DNA of 64,000 nt from Methanobacteriota archaeon (GCA_002687935.1 NZBN01000006.1:4144-68143); one strand, 5' to 3'; shown: positions 10,011-20,687, counted from the stretch's first letter. Numbers and translations are program-made. Notes: generated by a model not told the origin, from the sequence alone.

Positions 10011-10949
10011 ATGGAGATATATCAGTTTGAGAAAGGTCATCTGAAAGAGGGGAAGAAGATTGATTTGAAAAAACCGACATGGATTGATTTGAAAAATCCT
10101 ACGGATGAGGATATTTCTATTGTTTCAAAAAAGTTGGACATACCGGGTTTCGTTCTTAGAAGCTATAGAGAAAGTTATAGACCAAGGGTTGAAATTTACC
10201 AAGATTATACTATTGTGAATATCAAGAGTCTCGCAACAAAGAAAGTCAGACCAACTAAATCTTTAAGGAAGAAGCAGATAACTTTTTTCATTTCAAAGAA
10301 ATTTGTTCTTACAATGCACAAGGGTGTGAAAGAAATAAACAATATAAAGGAGAAGGCTTTAGCTAAGGAGAATGTAAGGAGTTTCAAGAATCTGAATTTC
10401 CTTACCTACTCTATACTTGATGAAGTAATAGAGGGATTTGAGCCGGTTCTTGAGAGTATTGATGATCATATTGATAGGCTACAAGATCTTATCTTTTCAG
10501 AAGCTAAGCAAGAGCATTTAGAGGAACTTTTTGATCTCAAAAGAACTATGGTAAACTTCCATAAAGTTCTGTGGGCTCAGAGAGAGGCTGTTTTTGCTCT
10601 TAGCAGAGGAACGCCGGGTATTGACTCGGATAATATCATGTATTTCAGAGAACTCTATGACAGTATATTGTATGCTGTTGACAGAGAGGAGCTTTTGCGA
10701 GAAATGCTTGCGGAAATTCTGGATTCCTACCTTTCTGTGGTATCAAATAACATGAATGAAGTTATGAAAGTACTCACAGTTATAGCAACGATAATGCTTC
10801 CTTTGACTCTTATAACCGGAATATATGGTATGAACTTTAGGAATATGCCTGAGCTTTACTGGCAGAATGGATATTACATTACTCTTGGAATTATGGCAAC
10901 ACTTGGAATATCTATGTGGATGTATTTCAAGAAACGTGGATGGGTATAG
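10011..10949 (+). CDS. corA: CorA-family Mg2+/Co2+ transporter
   Basis: 312 aa. YGMNFRNMPE signature followed by two C-terminal TM segments. Confidence 0.9.
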   Translation: MEIYQFEKGHLKEGKKIDLKKPTWIDLKNPTDEDISIVSKKLDIPGFVLRSYRESYRPRVEIYQDYTIVNIKSLATKKVRPTKSLRKKQITFFISKKFVLTMHKGVKEINNIKEKALAKENVRSFKNLNFLTYSILDEVIEGFEPVLESIDDHIDRLQDLIFSEAKQEHLEELFDLKRTMVNFHKVLWAQREAVFALSRGTPGIDSDNIMYFRELYDSILYAVDREELLREMLAEILDSYLSVVSNNMNEVMKVLTVIATIMLPLTLITGIYGMNFRNMPELYWQNGYYITLGIMATLGISMWMYFKKRGWV

Positions 10950-11591
10950 ATGGCAGAAAAGCAGAAATTAGAAGAGCAATTACTCAGTCCTGACTATCTT
11001 GAAAGCAACGAGTGGAAGCTGATAAAGAAAGTTGAAGACTATGCTAAGGATAGATTGAATACTGTTGCTCATGGATTTGACCATACTGAGAGAGTTTTTC
11101 AGAATTCTTTGATAATAGGACTCACAGAGCATGCGGATCTTTTGACTTTGTTAACAGCGGCACTTTTGCATGATGTTGGAAGGGATATTGAGATTGCGAT
11201 TGGGGCAGATCATGCTGATGCTTCTGCTCATGAAGCAAAGGATTTTCTTAAGTCAGTTAATTTTCCGGTAGCAAAAATAAAGAGAGTTTTTGAGGCAATA
11301 CATGGGCACAGGTCTTCACGGGAAGGAAAACACGCATTTCTTGAGTCCAGAATACTTAGTGATGCAGATAAGATAGATTCTTTAGGGGCTATTGGAATTG
11401 CACGAGTTTTCACTTTTGGAGGAAAAATAAACCGAGATGTTCAGGATACTATTGTATATTTCAAAAAAAGGCTGGATAAAGTTATGATGCAGTTGCATAC
11501 AGACCGGGCGAAGCGAATGGCAGAGGAAAGGTATAATTACTGCGTCAGCTACCTGAAGAGAATTGAAGAAGAAACGGCGAATATAAAATGA
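10950..11591 (+). CDS. HD-domain phosphohydrolase
   Basis: 213 aa. H...HD pattern (HGFDHTERV, LLHDVGR, DADKID). Starts directly after the corA stop. Confidence 0.8.
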   Translation: MAEKQKLEEQLLSPDYLESNEWKLIKKVEDYAKDRLNTVAHGFDHTERVFQNSLIIGLTEHADLLTLLTAALLHDVGRDIEIAIGADHADASAHEAKDFLKSVNFPVAKIKRVFEAIHGHRSSREGKHAFLESRILSDADKIDSLGAIGIARVFTFGGKINRDVQDTIVYFKKRLDKVMMQLHTDRAKRMAEERYNYCVSYLKRIEEETANIK

Positions 11592-12139
11592 AAAAAATTA
11601 TTGCAGTTACTGGAATGCCAGGGGCAGGAAAAACTCTTGCCTGTGAATTTGCGAAAGAACGAGGCTATGCTGTGTTCTATGTAGGTGGTCTTACGAAAGA
11701 AGAGCTTGAGAAGCGCGGACTTGAAGTGAATGAAGCTAATGAGAGGGAAATCAGAGAAAGTTTGAGAAAGGAATTTGGAATGGATGTTTATGCGCAGAAG
11801 ATTTCTGAGAAAATTGCTGCTTCAGGAGAGGAAATTATTCTTCTGGATGGTGTGAGGAGTTTTGAAGAGTATGAATTTCTGAGGAATAAGTACGGAAAGG
11901 ACTTTTTGATGTTGAGTATTGTCGTTTCTCCTGATTTGCGCTATGAAAGACTTATGAGCCGAGAGTTTAGAGGTCTTAGTAAAGAAGATTGTGTGAGTAG
12001 AGATATGTCTGAAATACGGAATATTAACCACGGCAATACTATAGCAATGGGAGATTATTATATTGTTAATGATGGAAGCGACAAAAGCGAGTTCAGGGAA
12101 AAGGTAAATGAAGTTCTTAATAAGCTTGTGGAATCATAA
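11588..12139 (+). CDS. P-loop nucleotide kinase (UPF0200 / dephospho-CoA-kinase-like)
   Basis: 183 aa. Walker A GMPGAGKT at the N-terminus, LLDGVRS lid region. 4-nt overlap with the HD gene. Confidence 0.6.
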   Translation: MKKIIAVTGMPGAGKTLACEFAKERGYAVFYVGGLTKEELEKRGLEVNEANEREIRESLRKEFGMDVYAQKISEKIAASGEEIILLDGVRSFEEYEFLRNKYGKDFLMLSIVVSPDLRYERLMSREFRGLSKEDCVSRDMSEIRNINHGNTIAMGDYYIVNDGSDKSEFREKVNEVLNKLVES

Positions 12140-12183
12140 GAAACTTTATAAGGAAATAGATTATAGAAATAGAAGGGAGTAAG

Positions 12184-12441
12184 ATGGCAAGAATTCCATT
12201 TAAAGAAGTTCAAACAAAAACAGTTGTTTCAGAGGGCGGAAGGATGTTCGGAAAAGTCCTCGATATAACTGTGGATGTAGGAACTGGAGAATTGATTAAC
12301 CTTATTGTTGAGCCGACAAAGTATATACTGGCTCATTTTGAGGATTTGGTACGAGATAAGAAGGGAAGAATACTTTTGCCCTTCAGCGCAGTAACTGCTG
12401 TTGGAGACTTCGTTCTGGTAAACGAGAACGACGTTCTTTAA
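12184..12441 (+). CDS. PRC-barrel domain protein
   Basis: 85 aa. G..FGKV.D...D..TG.L..L.V ... pattern typical of archaeal PRC-barrel proteins. Confidence 0.6.
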   Translation: MARIPFKEVQTKTVVSEGGRMFGKVLDITVDVGTGELINLIVEPTKYILAHFEDLVRDKKGRILLPFSAVTAVGDFVLVNENDVL

Positions 12442-12460
12442 ACTTAAATTTTAAAAATAA

Positions 12461-12793
12461 TTAAGCTTCTAGTGCTTTTTCTAAGGTTTCTGAGAGACTT
12501 TCCTTTTGTTGGAGTCCCGTCATCTCTTCAATTATTTCGCCATTTTTGAATATTTTTATGTTTGGGATTCCCATGACGCCGTAAGATTCGGCAAGTTCTT
12601 TGTTTTGGTCTACATCTATCTTGTAAAATTCAACCTTGCCTGTATATTCTTCTGAAAGCTCATCGAGAATTGGTGTAAGAACCTTACAGGGACCGCACCA
12701 GGTAGCGAAAAAATCCACAAGTATTGGTGTAGAGCCCGGTGCATTGAGAATCTTCTCTGTAAAATCTGCTTCAGAGTCTATAATTTTCATCAT
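12461..12793 (-). CDS. trxA: thioredoxin
   Basis: 110 aa. WCGPC active site in the thioredoxin-fold context (VDFFATWCGPCK). Confidence 0.9.
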   Translation of the reverse strand: MMKIIDSEADFTEKILNAPGSTPILVDFFATWCGPCKVLTPILDELSEEYTGKVEFYKIDVDQNKELAESYGVMGIPNIKIFKNGEIIEEMTGLQQKESLSETLEKALEA

Positions 12794-12842
12794 AATATTT
12801 CTTCTTGGGAGGATTTTTTTATATGCTTTTCCTAAAAATAAT

Positions 12843-13775
12843 TTATTCAGTTCTTACTGTGTCTGCCAAGTCCTGAGAACTGTTGTTGAGATTAATTAGA
12901 TTTCGGAGAATTGGGCGTGTGTCTTTGTTTTTAGGAAATTTATCGTAGTTGATGTTTTTTCCCAAGGATATTGCCTCGAGAGCGAATGCTTCTTTCTTCT
13001 TGAAAAAACCCTTTGATGCCATTTGATTTAGTTCATATGAATTTTCTAAATAAGTTAGAACTTGTTTTTGTGTTGAAATATTTTTGAGTTTGAGGAGAGA
13101 CTCGGCGATTGATTGCAGACTGTCCCCCATCTGTTCTATAAATCTTGCGACAAGCCTGTAATCTATACAGTCGGAAGCGGAAATCTTTTCATTGTCCCTC
13201 AGGCTTGGTGTTTCGAGGATTTTTCTTATTTGTCTGATAATTAGAAAGTACAGACGATTTACTTCTTCATCTCGTTGAACTACATCTTTTAAGAGAGTTT
13301 TTGAACCTGTTTTTAGTGATTTTAATATATCTTTGTGCATAACAGAAACTATTGTGTACATCCTTCTGACTGATTTTGAAATGGAAATTTCAGCAGGATT
13401 TAGAAGATTATGAATAGTCATCGTATTAGAGGCCTCCTCCATTATTTCGTAGCCGAGGAGAAAGCGGAGGGTGTTCTTTAATTCCATTTTCCTTTTTTCA
13501 AGTGATTCTTTTCCTTCGAAAATTTTTACTATGTCGTAGCCAAGTAGGTACTTTTCTAGGAGATGGCGCTCAATGTTTGGACCTGATATAATTTCCACTT
13601 CACTTGGATTTTTTGAATTGTGTTCGCCTATTCTTACAGTGAGTGAACCGTCTCCGTTTTCAGATAAAGAAAGTTTTTCGCCCTTGCTAAGTTTTTGGCG
13701 ATTTATCCATTTCTTAGGGAGAGAAATGACATAGGTTGAGCCCCCTGTTTTCTGTATTTTTCTTAATTCAGCCAT
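12843..13775 (-). CDS. AbrB/SpoVT-domain plus PhoU-like regulator
   Basis: The N-terminus RKIQKTGGSTYVISLPKKWI is the AbrB-type swapped hairpin. The remainder is helical and PhoU-like. The ORF track starts at 13787, and I use the ATG at 13775 (MAELRK). Confidence 0.7.
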   Translation of the reverse strand: MAELRKIQKTGGSTYVISLPKKWINRQKLSKGEKLSLSENGDGSLTVRIGEHNSKNPSEVEIISGPNIERHLLEKYLLGYDIVKIFEGKESLEKRKMELKNTLRFLLGYEIMEEASNTMTIHNLLNPAEISISKSVRRMYTIVSVMHKDILKSLKTGSKTLLKDVVQRDEEVNRLYFLIIRQIRKILETPSLRDNEKISASDCIDYRLVARFIEQMGDSLQSIAESLLKLKNISTQKQVLTYLENSYELNQMASKGFFKKKEAFALEAISLGKNINYDKFPKNKDTRPILRNLINLNNSSQDLADTVRTE

Positions 13776-13862
13776 CAGACAATACATCTAGGAAAACTAT
13801 ATTCACTATATATTTTAAGGCTTTGCACAGGTATATAAACGCAAGATTCCAGTTCACTAAAG

Positions 13863-15017
13863 ATGGTAGTTGAAATTATAGAGCTTGGAAAGAAGAGAAT
13901 AAGCTTGGTGGGAACTGCGCACGTTTCCAAGAAAAGCATTACTGAAGTCAAGAAAATTATAACGAAGGAAAAACCTGATTCTGTTGCAATTGAGCTCTGT
14001 CCCGGTCGTTATGAGCAATTGATAAGTGGTGACAGCTGGCAGGATATGAAGATTAATGAAGTTTTGAAGAGTGGGAAGTCCCACATCTTGCTACTTCATC
14101 TGGTGCTGATGAATTTTCAGAGGAGAATTGGGAATGAATTGGGAGTAAAGCCAGGGGAAGAGATGTTAGAAGCTGCGAAATCCGCTGAAAAGGAGGGAAG
14201 TACTATTGTTTTTGCAGACAGACCAGTAGAACTTACCATGCAGAGAATGTTATCTATGATGGGTCTTAAGGAAAAGGCGAAAATTATGATGCATTTTTTT
14301 TCAGGTATGTTTGAAGCACAGATTGATGAAGAATTGATAGAGAAGATGAAGGAAAAGGATGTTCTTACAGAAGCAATTGAGACTTTGAGCGGCATTGCAC
14401 CATCGGCGAAGAGGGTTCTTATTGATGAACGGGATTCTTATATGGCCGCGAGAATTCTTGAAGCAGATGGAGAGAATATTGTTGCTGTTGTTGGAGCAGG
14501 GCATGTTGAAGGAATTAAAAAACTTCTTGAGAATGGAGTTCTTGTAAAAGTTTCAACACGAGCAAAGGTGCAAAAGAAGAAAATTAGTGGACTTAGGATT
14601 GCGATGTATGCCATACCTGCTTTGTTTTTAGGAATTATTGGATATGGTTTGTATAGTGGAGGCGCTGAGTTAACTCTTACTCTATTGTTGTGGTGGTTCT
14701 TGATAAATGGTACACTTTCCGCGCTTGGAACGGCTCTTGCGCTTGGGCATCCTATTACGATAGTGTCTGCTTTTCTGGTAGCTCCCTTTACTTCATTAAA
14801 TCCTATGATTGCGGCAGGATGGGTTACAGGCTATATTGAAGCCGTAGTAAGAGTTCCGAGAGTTCGTGATTTAGAAGGGCTTGGAAAACTTGATAATTGG
14901 AGGGCCTTTTGGAAAAATAGAGTAACCAGAATACTCCTTGTTGTTGTGCTTGCGAATGTTGGGAGCTCCATAGGAACTTTTGTTGCACTTCCTTATCTTT
15001 TAACCCTGCTTGGTTAA
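13863..15017 (+). CDS. TraB/PrgY-family protein
   Basis: 384 aa. GTAHVS and VVGAGHVEG motifs, C-terminal TM segments. Confidence 0.8.
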   Translation: MVVEIIELGKKRISLVGTAHVSKKSITEVKKIITKEKPDSVAIELCPGRYEQLISGDSWQDMKINEVLKSGKSHILLLHLVLMNFQRRIGNELGVKPGEEMLEAAKSAEKEGSTIVFADRPVELTMQRMLSMMGLKEKAKIMMHFFSGMFEAQIDEELIEKMKEKDVLTEAIETLSGIAPSAKRVLIDERDSYMAARILEADGENIVAVVGAGHVEGIKKLLENGVLVKVSTRAKVQKKKISGLRIAMYAIPALFLGIIGYGLYSGGAELTLTLLLWWFLINGTLSALGTALALGHPITIVSAFLVAPFTSLNPMIAAGWVTGYIEAVVRVPRVRDLEGLGKLDNWRAFWKNRVTRILLVVVLANVGSSIGTFVALPYLLTLLG

Positions 15018-15052
15018 AATAAGAGTTTAACTTTGAATTTTCTCGAAAACTT

Positions 15053-16246
15053 ATGCTAGAGACATTATTATTTGCAGGGCTTGGTTGTATTTTAGGAACT
15101 TTCACAGGCCTTGTTCCAGGAATTCATACGAATACACTTGCGATCATTATTGTAGGACTGGCGCCGAATTTAACGAAGTTTAACTCAATATCGATTGCAG
15201 CTCTTTTAATGTCGATGGGAGTAGTCCACACGTTTCTTGATTTTATTCCGAGTATATTGTTGGGAGTTCCTGAAGGAGAAAGTGCTCTGTCTGTTCTTCC
15301 TGGACATTCACTTTTGATTGAAGGGAGAGGGATTGAGGCAATTAGATTGACTGCGTTTGGAAGTTTTTCTGCTCTTTTGATAACTCTTATTTTATTTCTC
15401 CCTGCTCTGAAGATTATGGAGGCAGTCTATCCTTTGGTTCAAGGGAATATTTTATGGATTTTGATGGCAGTTGTTATTCTAAGTGTTTTGTCAGAAAAAC
15501 GAATTGTTCTAGCAACTATAATTTTTCTGGTTTCTGGTTTTTTTGGATATTTTACTTTAGAAGCTTCAGGAAGTCTAATTTTTCCTGCCCTTTCTGGGAT
15601 GTTTGGAATCAGTACTATGTTGATTAGTTTGAAAAGTCAAGCATTTCCACCTGAGCAGGAGTTTTGGAAAGGGAGGATAAAGAAAGAAGATGTGTTTAGC
15701 TCTTTTCTTGGAGCATTTGCTGGAATTTTAGTTAGTATATTGCCAGGTATTGGAGCGGCGCAAGCTACGTATATTGTTCAGAATGTTAGAAATACAGAAA
15801 GAGAGGACTTTTTGATTTCTGTTTCCGGAGTAAATACTGCAAATATTATTTTTACACTTGCAGTTATGCATACTGTTGGGAAGATGAGGTCTGGTTTAGT
15901 TATTGCAATAAAAGATATTTTTCCAGGAATTGGACTTGGGGATATTTTTGTACTTCTTGGTGTTATTCTATTTTCAGGGATTATTGCATACTTTCTGCAG
16001 GTGAAAATAGGTGAATTTGTTGCAAGGCGCTTGGGAAAAATTAGTGGGGAATCCTATAGAAAATTGACTCTTACGGTGATATTGTTTGTTGTAATTTTGG
16101 TTTTGATGATGACAGGATTCCGTGGGTTTGTTGTTTTAATAATTGGAACAGTAATCGGGTTTTTTCCGCCAAAACTTGGAGTCAGGCGAGCTCAGTGTAT
16201 GGGCTTCTTTCTGATACCGGTTTTGTTGTTTTATAGTAAGCTATAA
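15053..16246 (+). CDS. polytopic membrane protein (TctA/DUF112-like)
   Basis: 397 aa, more than 9 predicted TM segments. The N-terminal GLVPGIHTN and internal LPGIGAAQA motifs resemble DUF112. Confidence 0.45.
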   Translation: MLETLLFAGLGCILGTFTGLVPGIHTNTLAIIIVGLAPNLTKFNSISIAALLMSMGVVHTFLDFIPSILLGVPEGESALSVLPGHSLLIEGRGIEAIRLTAFGSFSALLITLILFLPALKIMEAVYPLVQGNILWILMAVVILSVLSEKRIVLATIIFLVSGFFGYFTLEASGSLIFPALSGMFGISTMLISLKSQAFPPEQEFWKGRIKKEDVFSSFLGAFAGILVSILPGIGAAQATYIVQNVRNTEREDFLISVSGVNTANIIFTLAVMHTVGKMRSGLVIAIKDIFPGIGLGDIFVLLGVILFSGIIAYFLQVKIGEFVARRLGKISGESYRKLTLTVILFVVILVLMMTGFRGFVVLIIGTVIGFFPPKLGVRRAQCMGFFLIPVLLFYSKL

Positions 16247-16282
16247 ATATGTAGTTAGGAGATAAATGGTGAGTTGTGGGAA

Positions 16283-16600
16283 ATGGGTAAAGAAGATATA
16301 ATTAAGAGAATTAATCGAATTGAACAAGAAGGGTTTGATAAAATTTCGTCTGCAGAAGCGAGAAAGGATATGAAACTTACTGAGGCAGGAAAATATGCGT
16401 CCGGGCTTCTTGAAAAATTTAATGAGAATTCCGTCACTTATGTACAGGAACGTATAGATACGGAGAGAAAAAATCAGATGAAGCGGGCAAGGAAGTCTGT
16501 TTCTGTGGCGGAGAAAAAAGCTGCCAAGCTTGAGGAATCGGCAAAGAAGAAGATGACGAAGGCGGTAGACTACATTTTTAAAGAATTTACGAGGGTTTAG
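16283..16600 (+). CDS. atpH: A-type ATP synthase subunit H
   Basis: About 105-aa charged helical protein at the head of the H-I-K-E-C-F-A-B-D operon. The ORF track uses TTG at 16274, and the first ATG is at 16283. Confidence 0.6.
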   Translation: MGKEDIIKRINRIEQEGFDKISSAEARKDMKLTEAGKYASGLLEKFNENSVTYVQERIDTERKNQMKRARKSVSVAEKKAAKLEESAKKKMTKAVDYIFKEFTRV

Positions 16601-16603
16601 CTT

Positions 16604-18454
16604 ATGATAAAGACCCCAGAAAAGATGTGCAAAGTCTCAATTGCTGGTTCTAAGCGAGTTTTAGAGGATACAATAAGAATATTGCACGAGAAGGAAGCAG
16701 TTCATCTTCTTGATTACGCCAAAACAAAGAGTGAAAAGGAGGGGGGAGTTTTTTCTATAGGAAATTCTTTAGAGAGGGCAGAGAATCTTTCGAGTGCTCT
16801 TGTAAAAGCACGATCTCTTATGCGTATATTGGGAGTTGAAAGAGTATCTTCAGCTCCTTCTTTGAAAGAGAGTGATAAAATAGTTGAAAAACGGATTGAG
16901 TGGCTACATTCCGTTGTATCTGGCCTGTTAGAGGAAATGGAGAAAATTCAGGAAGAACTTGTGGAAATTGAAATTGCTAGAGAGACTCTTAAGTTTGTTG
17001 AGATAATTGGAACTGAGGTTGAAATTTTAAAGGAATCAAACGAGCTTGCCCTTTATATGGGATTTGTAAATAGTGATCCTGAAGCAGCTCTAAGTGATTT
17101 GACGAAGCGGTTTGAGTTTTTTTCCGGAAAGATGCGAGGAGAGGTTGCGTTTGCTCTCTTTATTGAAAGGGAGAAAGGACCTGAGGCGTTGGCTGAGTTA
17201 AAAAAACTAGGATACAGGGAAATTGAATTTCCAGATAATCTTGAAAAATATGGAACAAGGAAGAAATTGGAAAGGACTGCAAAAAGTAATGAATTGGAAT
17301 TGCAGGATTTAAATAAGAAAATTACACGCTTTACTAGAGTGGAAGGTAAATTTCTGCAGAAGGCTGAGTATAGTTTGAAGAGAGCTAGTGAGAAGGCAGA
17401 GGCTCCTTTGCAATTTGCTATAAGTAATAATTCCTTCGTCATTGAAGGGTGGATACCTCGAAAAAGATATTCTTCTTTGGAGAAGACTTTGGTGACAGAG
17501 TTTAAGGATAAGATTCATATAGAATGTGAAGAAGCATCTGAAGAAGATGGTTTGACACCTCCGACGGAACTTATAAATCCAAAAATTGTGGATTCTTTTG
17601 AAGTTTTTATAGATTTATATTCCAAACCTACTTACAAGGAAATTGACCCGACCAATTTTATTTTCCTTACATTTCCATTATTCTTTGGTTTTATTTTAGG
17701 AGATGTGGGCTATGGATTCATAACACTTGCTCTCTTTGGATTTTTGAAAACGAAGATGAGGAGTGAAACTGGACGAGGATTAATGAATGCTTTGATACTG
17801 GCTTCTTTGGCAACAATTGTATTTGGTTTTGTATTTGGAGAATTTTTTGGTGTTGAACCCTATCACCCGCTGATACCGAGAGCCCATAATATTAACATGA
17901 TGCTTGGGATTTCACTTGTAGTGGGAATTGTTCATATAAATTTAGGATATTTACTTGGATTGATTAATGAATATAGAAAGGGGGGTATTGGTTATATGGT
18001 GCAACATACTGGTAGCTGGGTGTTTTTTGAGTTGGCAGCAATTCTTGTAATTTTGCAATATTTGGATATGTTGACATTTGCGTATTCAAATTATATTGTA
18101 TATGGTGTTCTTGTGGCCTCAATTGCACTTCTTTACAAAGGACATGGGATAATTGGTATTATAGAATTGCCAGCAATATTGAGTAATATACTTTCATATG
18201 CGAGACTTTTCGCAGTCGGGCTTGCATCAGTTGCTCTTGCAATGGTCATTAATGACTTTACTGGTGTTTTCTTCTCTGCCGGTGGTTTTGGGTATGTGGC
18301 AGGGACAATAACTCTAGTTTTAGGACATACGATAAATATATTACTTGGAATTCTTGGTGGATTCCTTCAGTCATTGAGGCTTCATTATGTTGAGTTCTTC
18401 ACGAAATTCTATAAAGGAGGAGGGGAGGCTTATCTGCCTTTCGGAAAAGAATAA
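16604..18454 (+). CDS. atpI: A-type ATP synthase subunit I (stator/a subunit)
   Basis: 616 aa. Soluble coiled N-terminal half, polytopic C-terminal half with the conserved LSYARLFAVGLAS (essential Arg) region. Confidence 0.9.
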   Translation: MIKTPEKMCKVSIAGSKRVLEDTIRILHEKEAVHLLDYAKTKSEKEGGVFSIGNSLERAENLSSALVKARSLMRILGVERVSSAPSLKESDKIVEKRIEWLHSVVSGLLEEMEKIQEELVEIEIARETLKFVEIIGTEVEILKESNELALYMGFVNSDPEAALSDLTKRFEFFSGKMRGEVAFALFIEREKGPEALAELKKLGYREIEFPDNLEKYGTRKKLERTAKSNELELQDLNKKITRFTRVEGKFLQKAEYSLKRASEKAEAPLQFAISNNSFVIEGWIPRKRYSSLEKTLVTEFKDKIHIECEEASEEDGLTPPTELINPKIVDSFEVFIDLYSKPTYKEIDPTNFIFLTFPLFFGFILGDVGYGFITLALFGFLKTKMRSETGRGLMNALILASLATIVFGFVFGEFFGVEPYHPLIPRAHNINMMLGISLVVGIVHINLGYLLGLINEYRKGGIGYMVQHTGSWVFFELAAILVILQYLDMLTFAYSNYIVYGVLVASIALLYKGHGIIGIIELPAILSNILSYARLFAVGLASVALAMVINDFTGVFFSAGGFGYVAGTITLVLGHTINILLGILGGFLQSLRLHYVEFFTKFYKGGGEAYLPFGKE

Positions 18455-18499
18455 ATAGAATGGAGAGAGACTCACAAGGTACGAAAAAGGAGGTATAGA

Positions 18500-18733
18500 A
18501 TGGCAGACGTTGGAACAGGACTTATTGCAATTGGTGCTGGCTTGTCACTTGGATTGTCAGCTATTGGAGCAGGAATAGCAGAAAAATCCATTGGAGCAGC
18601 AGCAGTTGGTGCAATGGTAGAAGATGAAAAACATTTCGGAAAAGCTCTTCTGTTTACGGTTATTCCGGAAACTTTGGTTATTTTCGGGCTTGTTATTGCA
18701 ATAATGGCATTGCAGCTCGCACAGCACGCATAA
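18500..18733 (+). CDS. atpK: A-type ATP synthase subunit K (proteolipid c, single hairpin)
   Basis: 77 aa. Two Gly/Ala-rich TM helices with the carboxylate in IPETLVIFGL. Confidence 0.9.
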   Translation: MADVGTGLIAIGAGLSLGLSAIGAGIAEKSIGAAAVGAMVEDEKHFGKALLFTVIPETLVIFGLVIAIMALQLAQHA

Positions 18734-18734
18734 G

Positions 18735-19298
18735 ATGGGACTTGAAGAAGTAGAGAAAGACATTCTCCAGAGGATTGAGTCTAAGTCTAAAGCTATAGAT
18801 AGCTTGGGAGAAAGGGAAGCAGACTCTATAATAGCTGAGGCTCGGGATGAGATAAAAAATCTGACAAAAAAGAGGAACTCAGAGCTTGAGAAGACTATTG
18901 AAGGTCTTGAAAAGAAGGAAACTGCTTTTTCGAATTTGCAGGCGAGGAAAATTAATCTTGATGTGAGGAAAAGGATAATGGAGTCAGCCTATTCTAAAGC
19001 TTTTGTAAAGGTAGAAAAGATCGCTATAGGGAAAAAACAGACTTTTCTGAAGGCTCTCCTTAAGAAAGGAAGGGGAGAGATTGATGCATTTGGTGTTTAT
19101 ACTAATGCAGAAGATAAGGCTCTTTTGAAGAAACTTGCACCGAATTTAAAGCATCTTGGAAATATTGAAACGAGTGGAGGATTTATTCTTGTTAATAAAG
19201 AAGGAAGTGTTCAAGTAGACTATACTTTTGAGACTATTTTTGAAGAAACGCAGAGAAGCTCTTTGAAGGGGGTGTCAGATATATTGTTTGGAAAATGA
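18735..19298 (+). CDS. atpE: A-type ATP synthase subunit E
   Basis: 187 aa. Long N-terminal helix plus globular C-terminus. Assigned by operon position. Confidence 0.8.
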   Translation: MGLEEVEKDILQRIESKSKAIDSLGEREADSIIAEARDEIKNLTKKRNSELEKTIEGLEKKETAFSNLQARKINLDVRKRIMESAYSKAFVKVEKIAIGKKQTFLKALLKKGRGEIDAFGVYTNAEDKALLKKLAPNLKHLGNIETSGGFILVNKEGSVQVDYTFETIFEETQRSSLKGVSDILFGK

Positions 19299-20329
19299 AG
19301 GTGAATAAGAAGTTTGCGGCGGGGCAGGGAGAAATAACTGGAGAGTATTATTATGCAGGAACGAGAGCAAGGGCAGGTATTGCAAAGAGGATCAAGGATC
19401 TTGATTATGAACGTTTTATTAAAATGGGTGTAAGTGAGATTGTAAAATTTTTGGAAGAGCGCGATTATAGAGAAGAAGTAGATACTCTTGGAATGAAATA
19501 TAGTAAAGTTGAATTGGTTGAGAGGGCGCTTTACCAGAATTTTGCGCAGGTTATTGACAGCATTTTGAAATATGTTCCAGCGCAGTCACCACTTATCACT
19601 TATGTTGAAAAATATGATATAGATAATATAAAGGCTATATTACGGGGGAAGAGTTCAGGAAGAGGGAATGATGAATTAGAACGGGTTCTTATTCCTGCAG
19701 GAAATTTGACAAAGGAATTTTATTCTAATTTAATTGAGAATACTTCGTCAGTAGCTGAGGTAATTCAGGCCTTGAAAATGACTCAGTATTATAGAATTTT
19801 GGCTGGACTTGATATAAAAGATATTGAAAGTCTGGAGGATGCTTTAGACAGAGCTTATTATGAAAAATTATTGGAAGCAGGGGAGGCAGATTTTGAATTT
19901 ATGGTCTTTGTAAAGGAAGAAATTGACATCAGAAATGCTGTAACTATTCTCAGACTCAGTAGGTCAAAAACAAAGACTGAGAAGAAATATTTTATTAGTG
20001 GAGGAAATATTACAATGAAAAATCTTGCAAGTCTTTCTGAAAAAGATTTGCCAGGTATGATTGATTTTTTCAAGAAGCAGAAATTTTGGAAATATGTAGA
20101 CGGTGGAATTAAAGATGTTGGGAAAATGGAAAATGGTTTGAGAAAATATCTTATGATGAGGAGTACAGTTTTATTGAGAGATTACAATCCGAATTTAAAA
20201 ACTGTATTGGGATATATTGTTGTTAAAGAAAGAGAAATGGCAAATGTCAGAATGATTGTCAGGAGTAAGCAGATGAAAAGCGTAGAAGGGGAGGTGCTTG
20301 TGAGGTCAGGGATGTACCTTGGAAATTAA
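19295..20329 (+). CDS. atpC: A-type ATP synthase subunit C (d-like)
   Basis: 344 aa. Assigned by operon position. 4-nt overlap with atpE. Confidence 0.8.
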   Translation: MKVNKKFAAGQGEITGEYYYAGTRARAGIAKRIKDLDYERFIKMGVSEIVKFLEERDYREEVDTLGMKYSKVELVERALYQNFAQVIDSILKYVPAQSPLITYVEKYDIDNIKAILRGKSSGRGNDELERVLIPAGNLTKEFYSNLIENTSSVAEVIQALKMTQYYRILAGLDIKDIESLEDALDRAYYEKLLEAGEADFEFMVFVKEEIDIRNAVTILRLSRSKTKTEKKYFISGGNITMKNLASLSEKDLPGMIDFFKKQKFWKYVDGGIKDVGKMENGLRKYLMMRSTVLLRDYNPNLKTVLGYIVVKEREMANVRMIVRSKQMKSVEGEVLVRSGMYLGN

Positions 20330-20330
20330 T

Positions 20331-20648
20331 ATGGAAATTTCAATAATTGGTGAAAGAGATTTCACACTTGGCTTCCAGTTGTGTGGAATAAAGAATATAC
20401 AAAATGTTGAGAAGTCAGATTATACTAACTTCAATAAGGTATTCACTGAGACTATAGAGAATTCTGATATAGGGATTGTTGTTGTTAATGAAACTTATTA
20501 TCAAAAAATGCCTATTCAGATAAAGAAAAAGCTTGAAAAACTGGTTTCTCCAGTTGTAGTTGCTCTTTCTGATGAAGATAGTGCAGGTGGCTCTGATTTG
20601 AGGACTTTGATAAAAAGGAGTTTGGGAGTAGACCTATGGAAAGAATGA
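20331..20648 (+). CDS. atpF: A-type ATP synthase subunit F
   Basis: About 105 aa. ISIIGERDFTLGFQLCGI is typical of subunit F. The ATG at 20331 follows the atpC stop. The ORF track uses TTG at 20319. Confidence 0.8.
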   Translation: MEISIIGERDFTLGFQLCGIKNIQNVEKSDYTNFNKVFTETIENSDIGIVVVNETYYQKMPIQIKKKLEKLVSPVVVALSDEDSAGGSDLRTLIKRSLGVDLWKE

Positions 20649-20687
20649 TAAAGTTTATTATTAAAAAGATGGGGGGTAGTGAATAAG

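Noticed and set aside
18500-18733. Na+ versus H+ specificity call for the c-ring from the PET motif in subunit K
   Set aside because: An IPET motif is present in helix 2, and a Glu (IAEKS) is present in helix 1. I cannot align reliably by eye to the known Na+-site residues, so I make no ion-specificity claim.
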